From a candidate division LCP-89 bacterium B3_LCP (GTDB taxonomy: Bacteria > Electryoneota > B3-LCP): DNA of 64,000 nucleotides. Positions 55,798 through 64,000 of this stretch are shown here, in pieces (the stretch's first letter is position 1; every line of letters begins with the position of its first letter). Both the position numbers and the translations under genes were made by a program. The stretch lies in the NCBI GenBank assembly GCA_005223185.1, contig NJBN01000001.1, positions 441,365-505,364 on the forward strand. The letters are read 5' to 3'. Below the pieces are notes generated by a model, which did no database searches, was not told where the DNA came from, and saw only the letters and a program-made list of their open reading frames with translations.

Positions 55798-56958
55798 TTA
55801 TCTGGCTCTCTGCTGTGCTTCTTTGATCAGGCTCTTGCCTATAACCACTCGCTGGATCTGGTTGGTGCCTTCGTAGATCTGGGTGATCTTGGCGTCGCGC
55901 ATGTATTTCTCTATGGGATAGTCCTTCATGTAACCATAACCACCGAACAACTGCACTGCGTCAGTGGTTACTTTCATGGCTACATCTGAACACTTCAGCT
56001 TGGACATGGCGGAGAGCTTGGCAACGTTCTTTTCACCAGCATCAATAGCGCGGGAAGCTTTATATAGAAGCGCTCGAGCGGATTCTATTTCCGTAGCCAT
56101 GTCAGCCAACATCCACTGAATACCCTGGAAATCGGCGATCGCCTGCCCGAACTGTTCCCGCTGACGGACGTAATCAATAGCCAGATCAAAAGCACCCTGA
56201 GCGATCCCCAACGCTTGTGCGGCTACTCCGGGGCGCGAACGATCCAGAGTCTGCATAGCAGTGATAAAGCCCCGCCCGGTTTTGCCCAGCAGGTTTTCCT
56301 TGGGAACCTTGCAATCCTGAAAGATCAGCTCGCGGGTTGCGGAGGCGCGGATTCCTAATTTGTCCTCTTCCTTGCCGTAAGAAAACCCTTCCATGCCATC
56401 TTCAACGATGAAAGCGGAAGTGCCCATAACGCCCTTACTCTGATCCGTAGAAGCAATCACCGTATAGACTTTAGCCACTCCGGCGTTGGTGATGAAATGC
56501 TTCAAACCGTTCAGAATATAGTAATCACCCTCTTCACGAGCGGTGGTTTGCATATTAGATGCATCTGATCCGGCAGCAGGTTCAGTCAATCCAAATCCAG
56601 CCAGGATTTCACCACTGGCTAATTTGGGCAGAAAGCGTCTCTTCTGTTCCTCTGTACCTGATATGATGATCGGAAAAGTACCCAGGGCAGTAGCAGCTAC
56701 AGCAAGAGCGATACCGCCGCATGCTCGGGACAGTTCTTCGATGATCAGCACCAAATCGAGGACTCCGCCAACACTGCCACCGTATTCTTCATCGATATAG
56801 CAGCCGTAGAAACCAGCCTGGGCAAAAACTTTGACCAAGTCCCAGGGGAATTCACCGGTACGGTCACATTCGGCAGCTCTAGGGCGCACTTTTTCTTCAG
56901 CGATGCGTCGCGCTAACCGACGCAGCTCCTGTTGATCTTCAGTAAGGAGGTCGGACAT
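55798..56958 (-). CDS. Acyl-CoA dehydrogenase (short/medium-chain type)
   Basis: 386 aa; typical ACAD fold sequence (…GFGLTEPAAGSDASNMQTTA…YEGTNQIQRVVIGK…). Confidence 0.85.
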   Translation of the reverse strand: MSDLLTEDQQELRRLARRIAEEKVRPRAAECDRTGEFPWDLVKVFAQAGFYGCYIDEEYGGSVGGVLDLVLIIEELSRACGGIALAVAATALGTFPIIISGTEEQKRRFLPKLASGEILAGFGLTEPAAGSDASNMQTTAREEGDYYILNGLKHFITNAGVAKVYTVIASTDQSKGVMGTSAFIVEDGMEGFSYGKEEDKLGIRASATRELIFQDCKVPKENLLGKTGRGFITAMQTLDRSRPGVAAQALGIAQGAFDLAIDYVRQREQFGQAIADFQGIQWMLADMATEIESARALLYKASRAIDAGEKNVAKLSAMSKLKCSDVAMKVTTDAVQLFGGYGYMKDYPIEKYMRDAKITQIYEGTNQIQRVVIGKSLIKEAQQRAR

Positions 56959-57335
56959 CTTATGAACTCCAAGAATCTTAGGTTATTTTTACTTTCTATG
57001 AACAACATGATTAGGATGAGCATCTGGAATGGTTGTTCATGTCGATTGATGACTAATTATTTGATATTAACTCGTTAACTGCCGTGAAAGTCTCACTGGC
57101 GATAAAGGCATGCCCTGCCTTATTTGGATGATACCCGTCGTCAACGAATAGATGTGAGTTACGGCCGTGCCCGAAGACGATTTCCAACTACCAAAATTAA
57201 TCTGTGTATGATACGCATCTTTCGTTCAATGTAAAGCTGACTTGGGTATCACTAACTGGATTTCTGTGTGGAGGGTGTCCATGTGAAACTCCTAAGAATT
57301 GTTAAAAACTAAGCCATATAAGGCTTGCTGGCATC

Positions 57336-58088
57336 TTATGCACCTTCAGTTTTTAACGATTTTGAGAACTTTACACCTTTTCTTGCAGCTTGTTGTTCTG
57401 CTTCTTTCTTAGTCCTCCCGGAACCAGTCCCTACTAAAGTATCATCGAGGTAAACTTCGATCAAATAGCGTTTATCGTGATCCGGTCCTGATTCATCAAT
57501 GACTTTGTATATCGGAGGATTGCCGCCGCGTGCTTGAGAATATTCCTGCAATACGCTTTTGTAGTTTCGATGCGACTTTTTGTTCAGAATGTGGCTCGCA
57601 TCAGTAAGCAGGAAACGGTGGATGAAGGCAGCGGCAAGTTCTAAGCCGCGATCTAAAAAGATGGCACCGACTAAAGCTTCAAAGGCATCCTCTAATATGG
57701 AATCCCGGTCGCGTCCACCAGATTTAGCTTCATTTTCGCTTAGGAAGATATACTTCCCCAGTTCTATTTTGCGTGCCTGTTCCGCCAATACCGTACCACT
57801 GACGATAGTGGATTTCCAGGTAGTCATGACTCCTTCAGCATCACCGGAACCTGATCGGAAGAAATGATCCGAAACGACCAGGTTAATAACTGCATCTCCC
57901 AAGAATTCAAGCCGTTCGTTGGAATGAATACGCCTTTCACCGGTAGTGTCCAGATAGGAACGGTGCTTTAGCGCGTTCAATAACAGTGCCGGATCGCGAA
58001 AGTGATAGTCAATACGTTTTTCGAGACTCCGGAGCTGCGGGCGAAATTGCGATGAAACTCTGGAATATTTCCACCAGTGCCAGAACAA
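57336..58088 (-). CDS. rnc: Ribonuclease III
   Basis: 250 aa; RNase III signature NERLEFLGDAV and C-terminal dsRBD with a Lys/Gly-rich end. Confidence 0.85.
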   Translation of the reverse strand: MFWHWWKYSRVSSQFRPQLRSLEKRIDYHFRDPALLLNALKHRSYLDTTGERRIHSNERLEFLGDAVINLVVSDHFFRSGSGDAEGVMTTWKSTIVSGTVLAEQARKIELGKYIFLSENEAKSGGRDRDSILEDAFEALVGAIFLDRGLELAAAFIHRFLLTDASHILNKKSHRNYKSVLQEYSQARGGNPPIYKVIDESGPDHDKRYLIEVYLDDTLVGTGSGRTKKEAEQQAARKGVKFSKSLKTEGA

Positions 58089-58103
58089 TCCAGATACCCC
58101 GCT

Positions 58104-59345
58104 CTACTCGTCAAAAGAAGTGAAGATCAAGCACGCATTGTGACCGCCGAAACCGAAGGCGTTGTTCAAAGCAGCTCCAATTTTTCGACTCTTAGGTTCA
58201 TTTGGCGTCACATCCAGATCGCATTCGGGATCGGGTGTAGTGTAATTGATAGTGGGTGGAACCGTTTCGTTTTGAATCGCTAACGCACACACTATCGATT
58301 CTGCAGCACCGGCAGCGCCTAAAAGGTGCCCTGTCATTGATTTGGTTGAGCTTATACTCAACTTGCGGGCATGCTCGCCGAAGACAGTCTTAAGCGCTTC
58401 AGTTTCGGTCTTGTCATTGAACGGAGTAGAAGTGCCGTGAGCATTCACGTAATCGATATCTTCCGTATTTAATCCGGCAGTTTTCAGGGCAGCTCGCATA
58501 GCTCGCACCGCGCCTTCGCCACCCGGCGCCGGAGCGGTAATATGATGTGCATCAGCGGAAATTCCCAGACCACTCAGTTCGCAGATGATTTCAGCGCCAC
58601 GATTTCGAGCATGTTCCAAGGTTTCCAATACCAGCATTCCTGAGCCTTCCCCCATGACGAATCCATCACGATCCAGGTCAAAGGGACGGCTGGCGCGTTC
58701 TGGTTCATCATTGCGTGTGGAAAGAGCCCTCATAGCATTGAAGCCTCCCAATCCAATCTCGGTGATGGCACCTTCGGACCCTCCAGCCAGCATTACGTCA
58801 GCGTCACCAAACTGCAGATGACGCATTGCCGCGCCGATAGCGTGACTGCCGGTGGCACAGGCAGACGTAGTGGCGTAATTGGGCCCTCGCAGTTGATGTT
58901 TCATGGATATCTGACCAGCGGCGATGTCCGAAATCATAGTAGGGATGAAGAAGGGACTGATGCGGCGCGGACCATGTTCAAACACTTCATAGCACTGTGC
59001 CGCGAAAATGTGAATCCCACCGATACCAGATCCCACAATTACGCCGACGCGATCTTTATCGCAGCTATCTTCATTGACATTGGCTTGTTCAAGCGCTTGT
59101 GCCGCTGCCGCCATAGCGTACTGACAGAACGGATCCATGCGTTTTGCTTCGCGTGGATGCAGATATTCCTTAATGTCAAAGTCTCTTATCTCGCAGGCGA
59201 AATGCGTGGCATGATTGGAAGTATCGAAGCCAGTAATCGATGCGGCCCCGCTTTTCCCAGCCATCAGATTTTTCCAGAAATCAGGCACACTATTGCCGAT
59301 AGGAGTTATTACCCCCATCCCAGTAACAACGACCCGGTTATTCAT
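58104..59345 (-). CDS. fabF: 3-oxoacyl-ACP synthase II
   Basis: 413 aa; active-site Cys region ([13 protein letters not shown]) and His/His region ([21 protein letters not shown]). Confidence 0.9.
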   Translation of the reverse strand: MNNRVVVTGMGVITPIGNSVPDFWKNLMAGKSGAASITGFDTSNHATHFACEIRDFDIKEYLHPREAKRMDPFCQYAMAAAAQALEQANVNEDSCDKDRVGVIVGSGIGGIHIFAAQCYEVFEHGPRRISPFFIPTMISDIAAGQISMKHQLRGPNYATTSACATGSHAIGAAMRHLQFGDADVMLAGGSEGAITEIGLGGFNAMRALSTRNDEPERASRPFDLDRDGFVMGEGSGMLVLETLEHARNRGAEIICELSGLGISADAHHITAPAPGGEGAVRAMRAALKTAGLNTEDIDYVNAHGTSTPFNDKTETEALKTVFGEHARKLSISSTKSMTGHLLGAAGAAESIVCALAIQNETVPPTINYTTPDPECDLDVTPNEPKSRKIGAALNNAFGFGGHNACLIFTSFDE

Positions 59346-59374
59346 ATCAATCTCAGGTAAAATTTGAATTACAG

Positions 59375-59620
59375 TTAACCGATGCGTTCTTTTAGATAAT
59401 TAATTGCATCCCCGACGCTGGTCATCTTTTCAGCATCCTCTTCGGGAATTTCAATTCCGAATTCTTTCTCGAAGGCGAGAACTAATTCGACCGTGCCCAG
59501 AGAATCTGCGCCCAGATCATTGATAAAGGATGCTTCGGGTACCACTTCCGTAACGTCCACACCGAGTTCATTAACGATAATTTCCTTAACTTTGTCCTCA
59601 AGTGCCATGTTTGCCTCCAT
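59375..59620 (-). CDS. acpP: Acyl carrier protein
   Basis: 81 aa; phosphopantetheine-attachment motif [11 protein letters not shown]. Confidence 0.9.
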   Translation of the reverse strand: MEANMALEDKVKEIIVNELGVDVTEVVPEASFINDLGADSLGTVELVLAFEKEFGIEIPEEDAEKMTSVGDAINYLKERIG

Positions 59621-59645
59621 GATTTGTTGAACTTGTATCTAATTT

Positions 59646-60578
59646 CTAATTAATTACTTGGTTAACTCCATCAAATGACTCAACAGTTCCAACTGCGATT
59701 CCAGTTAGACCGCGATCAATTCGTTTCAACAGACCGGTAAGTACCTGTCCGGGTCCGATTTCCATAAATGTTGCAGCGCCATCGTTAATCATCGCCTGGA
59801 TGGACTGCAGCCACAATACTGGCGATAGAAGCTGCTCTTTTAAAGCGTGCCGGATCTCATCTGGTTCGATCAGTGGAGAAGCATTCGCATTTGCGTAAAC
59901 CGGACAACGCGGTGGATTTATTTCTACATTATCCAAAGCCTCGAACAACGATTCCCGGGCAGGTTCCATTAAGGGTGAGTGAAATGCTCCAGAAACGACC
60001 AATTGCTTTGCCAACTTAGCGCCGCTGTCTTTGGCAATCTCCATCGCCTTTATTACGCCTTCGATACTCCCTGATATAGCCACCTGACCGGGAGAATTGA
60101 AGTTTGCGGGCTGCACGATGCCGTATTCTTTAGCTTGATCGCAGACAGCGCGAACCTGCGTTTCCTCTAACCCGATAATTGCTGCCATCGTTCCCGGATT
60201 GGTTTCACCTGCACTTTGCATTCCCAGTCCGCGGACTTTAACGACTTTCAGCGCTGCTTCAAAATCCAAGGCGCCAGCGGCATACAGGGCTGAATATTCT
60301 CCAAGGCTGTGGCCGGCGGACATATCGGGACTTATCTCCCTTTCCGCCAGAAGGTCTGCTACAATAGCGCTATGAACAAACAGAGCGGGTTGCGTGTATT
60401 TAGTCTGTTTTAAAGTCTCTTCTGGACCTTCAAAACAGATCTTTGAAAGCGGTTCACCTAATAGTTCATCCGCTTGTTGGAACCTTCGTTGTGCTAAAGT
60501 AAAATTATCAACTAAGTCCTTTCCCATACCTACGACTTGTGAAGCCTGACCGGGGCACAGGTAAGCTAGTTTTGGCAT
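59646..60578 (-). CDS. fabD: Malonyl-CoA-ACP transacylase
   Basis: 310 aa; GHSLGEYSA active-site motif. Confidence 0.9.
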   Translation of the reverse strand: MPKLAYLCPGQASQVVGMGKDLVDNFTLAQRRFQQADELLGEPLSKICFEGPEETLKQTKYTQPALFVHSAIVADLLAEREISPDMSAGHSLGEYSALYAAGALDFEAALKVVKVRGLGMQSAGETNPGTMAAIIGLEETQVRAVCDQAKEYGIVQPANFNSPGQVAISGSIEGVIKAMEIAKDSGAKLAKQLVVSGAFHSPLMEPARESLFEALDNVEINPPRCPVYANANASPLIEPDEIRHALKEQLLSPVLWLQSIQAMINDGAATFMEIGPGQVLTGLLKRIDRGLTGIAVGTVESFDGVNQVIN

Positions 60579-60591
60579 AAATTAATGCTCC

Positions 60592-61575
60592 TTAGAACTT
60601 GACAATGGCAGAAGCCCAGGTGAATCCGCCGCCGAAGACCACCATGAGGCAGGTCATCCCGGGTAGAAGGCGACCTGTCCGGCGTGCTTCATTCAAGGCG
60701 ATGGGAATGGAAGCGGCTGAAGTATTACCATAGCGGTCAATATTAATGACTACCTTCTCACGGGGAATGCCGATGCGCTTTGCCGTGGCGTCCATTATGC
60801 GGACATTCGCCTGATGTGGGATCAATAGATCAATGTCGTTTCCTGTCAATCCGGCTTCATCAAGCGCTCGCTGGGCGGAATCTCCCATAGCTTTAACAGC
60901 ATGGAGAAACACATCTCGCCCCGCCATTTTCAGATAATGATCCCTGTTATCGACAGACTCATAGGAGGCGGGCGAAACTGTTCCCCCACCTGAACTGTAC
61001 AGCAAGTGAGCCAGTCTGCCGTCAGACCCCATGTACGAGGCGATGATTCCTTTTTCGCTATCCGATTTTGTCACCACCGCCGCGCCTGCGCCATCGCCGA
61101 ACAGAACACAGGTGTTGCGATCACTCCAGTCTGTAACATGCGTCATACACTCCGAGCCAATGACGAGGATCTTGGTATATTTCCCAGTTGCTATCATATT
61201 ATCAGCGATGCTTAAGGCGTAAAGAAACCCCGAACAGGCAGCGCCAATATCAAATACAACTGCGTTGTGAGCACCCAACCGAGCTTGCACAAAAATTGAA
61301 GTGGAAGGAAAACGCATATCGCCTGTGACAGTTGCCAGTATGATCATATCAAGTTCGGATGCGCCCAGCCCTGCTTCTTCAAGTGCCTGCCGGGAAGCTT
61401 CTACACAGAAATCAGAGTTATTCTGTTCTGGTTCTTTGATATGTCTTTCATGGATGCCGGTGCGTTCAATGATCCATTGATCGGTAGTATCGACCATCTT
61501 TTCTAAGTCAAAATTGGTCAGTATTCTTTCAGGAACGCTATGGCCAGTTCCTATTATCTTTGTACGAGGTGTCAC
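60592..61575 (-). CDS. fabH: 3-oxoacyl-ACP synthase III
   Basis: 327 aa; AACSGFLYAL active-site Cys region and terminal GGGFTWAS; start overlaps the plsX stop by 4 nt. Confidence 0.9.
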   Translation of the reverse strand: MTPRTKIIGTGHSVPERILTNFDLEKMVDTTDQWIIERTGIHERHIKEPEQNNSDFCVEASRQALEEAGLGASELDMIILATVTGDMRFPSTSIFVQARLGAHNAVVFDIGAACSGFLYALSIADNMIATGKYTKILVIGSECMTHVTDWSDRNTCVLFGDGAGAAVVTKSDSEKGIIASYMGSDGRLAHLLYSSGGGTVSPASYESVDNRDHYLKMAGRDVFLHAVKAMGDSAQRALDEAGLTGNDIDLLIPHQANVRIMDATAKRIGIPREKVVINIDRYGNTSAASIPIALNEARRTGRLLPGMTCLMVVFGGGFTWASAIVKF

Positions 61576-62621
61576 TGTTTATCTCCTGAAGGCCGCCACC
61601 GGAAGCGCCCCAATAGGGCTTTGGTCTTAATGATGGCTGACCACTGACCCATTTCAGTTAGCTGTTCACGAATTTTTTCATTGACGCGCAGATTAACCAT
61701 CTTTATGGCTTCACCTATTGCATTGGTAATCGCTTTCGGCGTAGAATGACCATGGCTGATGATCGATACGCCGTTCACCCCTAAGAGAGGCACTCCACCA
61801 AATTCCTGATAATCGAAAGAGGGAATCAAATCGTTTATAAGTGGGTCATAGTCTTTATCACCCGATTTATGACTTTTATAGCTATGAGTAAGCATTTCAG
61901 GAATGGATTCGGCGAATTTTAGCAGGACATTTCCCATAAACCCATCGCAAACGATGACATCCGCCTTATCACTATAAATATCGTGTCCCTCGATGTTGCC
62001 GATGAAATTCAATTCCGGGACGATCTCCAATAACTCGTAAGCATCTCTGGTAATATTGCTCCCTTTGCGGCTCTCTTCTCCGTTTGACAGCAAAGCTACC
62101 TTAGGCTTTTCGATCCCATCCAGATGCTGCCTGAAGATTGTACCCATAGCAGCAAACTGCAGGAGATGTATGGGACGACTTGAAGTGTTGGCTCCGACGT
62201 CCAAAATGAAAGTATTGCCACCAGGCGTGGGGAAATAGCTTCCGATTGCCGGCCGTAAAACGGATTCAAGCAGCCCTAATTCCTGAATAGAAGCAACGAT
62301 CTGCGCACCAGTACTCCCGGCTGATACGACTGCATCGACTTCACCCCGTCGGCAGGAACCCAAGGCTACCAAGATCGAGGCATCAGGCTTAGATATCAGA
62401 GCTTCAACAGGGCTCTCGGTATCTGAGATCAGACTGGGTCCATCCTGAAAAGAAAATCTCTTCGGATCACCCTCATATCTGTGCAATAGAGACTTAAGAG
62501 TGCCGGGATCACCAACCAGCTTGAGAGATAAATCTTCCCAGCGCCTGGAAGCTTCTATCGCTCCCTGAATGATGGCATCAGGTGCATTTTCCCCCCCTAA
62601 TGTGTCAAGGGCAATTCGCAT
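61572..62621 (-). CDS. plsX: Phosphate acyltransferase PlsX
   Basis: 349 aa; MRIALDTLGGENAP N-terminus typical of PlsX. Confidence 0.9.
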   Translation of the reverse strand: MRIALDTLGGENAPDAIIQGAIEASRRWEDLSLKLVGDPGTLKSLLHRYEGDPKRFSFQDGPSLISDTESPVEALISKPDASILVALGSCRRGEVDAVVSAGSTGAQIVASIQELGLLESVLRPAIGSYFPTPGGNTFILDVGANTSSRPIHLLQFAAMGTIFRQHLDGIEKPKVALLSNGEESRKGSNITRDAYELLEIVPELNFIGNIEGHDIYSDKADVIVCDGFMGNVLLKFAESIPEMLTHSYKSHKSGDKDYDPLINDLIPSFDYQEFGGVPLLGVNGVSIISHGHSTPKAITNAIGEAIKMVNLRVNEKIREQLTEMGQWSAIIKTKALLGRFRWRPSGDKQ

Positions 62622-62709
62622 GTTGCGGGTTGCTGAAGCAGCGTTCCACCTTCTTATAAAGATACGACTCAGGTGGACGGATTTTCTCTTTACTTCCTGG
62701 GTATAGGTA

Positions 62710-62892
62710 TTAAGCTTCTTCGGGGATAATTACCTTGCGATCCCGATAGAATCCACAATTGGGGCAAACGTGGTGGGGCAGCTTGGGTTCACCACAACTC
62801 GGGCAAGTCGATAAATTCGGCGCTTCGAGTTTGAAGTGAGTTCTCCGCTTGTCACGTCTTGATTTAGATAATCTTCTTTTCGGTACAGCCAC
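62710..62892 (-). CDS. rpmF: 50S ribosomal protein L32
   Basis: 60 aa; MAVPKRRLSKSRRDKRR… with CPSCG…CPNCG zinc ribbon. Confidence 0.85.
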   Translation of the reverse strand: MAVPKRRLSKSRRDKRRTHFKLEAPNLSTCPSCGEPKLPHHVCPNCGFYRDRKVIIPEEA

Positions 62893-62940
62893 TATTTACT
62901 CCATATTTCATGACAGGTACAGTATCTGTCATTGCCATTC

Positions 62941-63444
62941 TCATTTTTTCTTCTTTTTAAGCTCTTTTAACGCTTCCCAGCGCGGTTCAACATTATCATG
63001 CTGGCATTTGCACTCTTTTTTGTTCAGATCAACGCCGCATTTGGGACAGATTCCGCGGCAATCCTCGGTGCAGAAATGCTGATAGGGAAGTGTCAAGATA
63101 ATCGTATCCCTAATTTCCTGGCTGATATCTAATTCCAGTGCACCTCGAGGAATGATCCCCGATTCGTGATCTTCCAAAGAGTGATCATCTTCTTCAAACA
63201 TGAAGAAGAATTCTTCACGACAATGATATTGATTTTTTAAGGGAGCGCCGCATCTATCACAGTTGAAACAGCCGGTCAATTCAGCATCGATGAGGAGGCG
63301 AAGTGAATTACCTTCTCTATTTACCGTTGCTCTGATGCTGAGGTCGTCCGGAAATGTTTCTATATCATCGAAGTAAATCACCGCAGAACATTTCCTGTTG
63401 AATGTATGCGGTTCTTCGTGCAATCCCGAGAGTTGGATTCGCAT
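62941..63444 (-). CDS. YceD/DUF177-family protein
   Basis: 167 aa acidic protein with Cys pairs, directly upstream of rpmF as in the conserved yceD-rpmF-plsX arrangement. Confidence 0.7.
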   Translation of the reverse strand: MRIQLSGLHEEPHTFNRKCSAVIYFDDIETFPDDLSIRATVNREGNSLRLLIDAELTGCFNCDRCGAPLKNQYHCREEFFFMFEEDDHSLEDHESGIIPRGALELDISQEIRDTIILTLPYQHFCTEDCRGICPKCGVDLNKKECKCQHDNVEPRWEALKELKKKKK

Positions 63445-63553
63445 TAAACCAAAATATAGCCAAAGTCCTATTCTAAGTCAAGGCTTTTTTAGGTCAAACC
63501 CGCTTTCAACAGTTGAAATGCAGTAAGCGTGGAGAATCCCTGACTAGAAGGGA

Positions 63554-64000
63554 CTATTTCTTCTCTTTTACTTCTTCCTTTTCTTCCTCTTTCTCTTCAA
63601 CTGGCTCAGGGATGCCCATCATATAACGGTGCATGGCGGCGGCGGCAATTTTTCCCGCGCCCATGGCTAAGATCACAGTTGCGGCACCGATGACAATATC
63701 CCCACCCGCATAAACGCCAGGTATGGAAGTGACAGCCGTCTTGGCATCTGCTAAGATATTACCCCATTTATTAGTATCCAGACCGGGGGTGGTTTGAGGA
63801 ATAAGAGGATTAGCTCCATTTCCGATGGAGACCACAACCGTATCCACTTCAATGATATATTCCGATCCTTCAATCGGTATGGGACGACGCCTTCCTGACG
63901 AATCAGGTGCACCTAATTCCATACGGATGCATCTCATGCCTGTGACCCAGCCCTCTTCGTCGCCCAATAGTTCAGTCGGGTTTGTGAGCAACTGGAAGTT
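63554..64000 (-). CDS. Glutamate synthase small-subunit-like (GltD-family) pyridine-nucleotide oxidoreductase, C-terminal part; gene continues beyond window end
   Basis: Frame open to 64000; RMELGAPDSSGRRRPIPIEGSE…PGVYAGGDIVIGAATVILAMGAGKIAAAAM resembles the GltD C-terminus; unusual Glu/Lys-rich tail. Confidence 0.6.
   Translation of the reverse strand, partial: NFQLLTNPTELLGDEEGWVTGMRCIRMELGAPDSSGRRRPIPIEGSEYIIEVDTVVVSIGNGANPLIPQTTPGLDTNKWGNILADAKTAVTSIPGVYAGGDIVIGAATVILAMGAGKIAAAAMHRYMMGIPEPVEEKEEEKEEVKEKK

Noticed and set aside
55290-55826. ORFs 55290-55532 (minus) and 55533-55826 (plus)
   Set aside because: Located in the repeat-rich intergenic region between the beta-propeller cargo gene and acyl-CoA dehydrogenase; they overlap the terminator hairpin and have no recognisable features.
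1-64000. Integrase, transposase or phage structural genes that would define a classical mobile element
   Set aside because: No ORF with recognisable recombinase or transposase motifs was seen; the island is delimited only by repeats.

Overview
64-kb window from a bacterium that uses a type IX secretion system: at least eleven ORFs end in a Por_Secre_tail-like C-terminal domain (…NPFNP…YxYRL…KMxLxK), so a Bacteroidota/FCB-group-like lineage is likely. Layout: (i) 1-18.5 kb, plus-strand block of large T9SS cargo proteins (beta-helix, OB-fold-like repeats, lamin-tail domain, MBL fold) interleaved with an outer-membrane module (lipoprotein, TonB-dependent-receptor-like barrel, PorV/PorQ-like protein, NHL lipoprotein). 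(ii) 18.8-28.8 kb, minus-strand core genes ymdB, rny, zapA, pheT, pheS, rplT, rpmI, infC, thrS. (iii) 29.9-37.7 kb, second cargo block with paralogous endonuclease/exonuclease/phosphatase (EEP) proteins. (iv) 37.7-47.6 kb, accessory island with no integrase or transposase: a dense palindromic-repeat cluster, a DUF559 endonuclease gene between direct repeats, a three-gene operon of unknown function (two RNxxxH-motif proteins plus a polytopic membrane protein), P5C dehydrogenase, a DUF3800-like gene between direct repeats, and higB followed by an unusual HigA-HTH / ImmA-IrrE peptidase / GIY-YIG-like fusion. (v) 47.6-64 kb, core genes (MBL hydrolase, pyrE, pyrF, fur, acyl-CoA dehydrogenase, rnc, fabF, acpP, fabD, fabH, plsX, rpmF, yceD, partial gltD-like) plus two more cargo genes. 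The most likely candidates for an undescribed system are the three-gene operon at 39.5-41.9 kb and the higB/fusion pair at 45.7-47.5 kb; a separate striking observation is that palindromic repeat elements sit in frame inside the T9SS C-terminal domains of four cargo genes. No rRNA, tRNA or CRISPR array was recognised. Everything here comes from reading the sequence and ORF translations; no database or profile search was run, so family names are motif-level recognitions.
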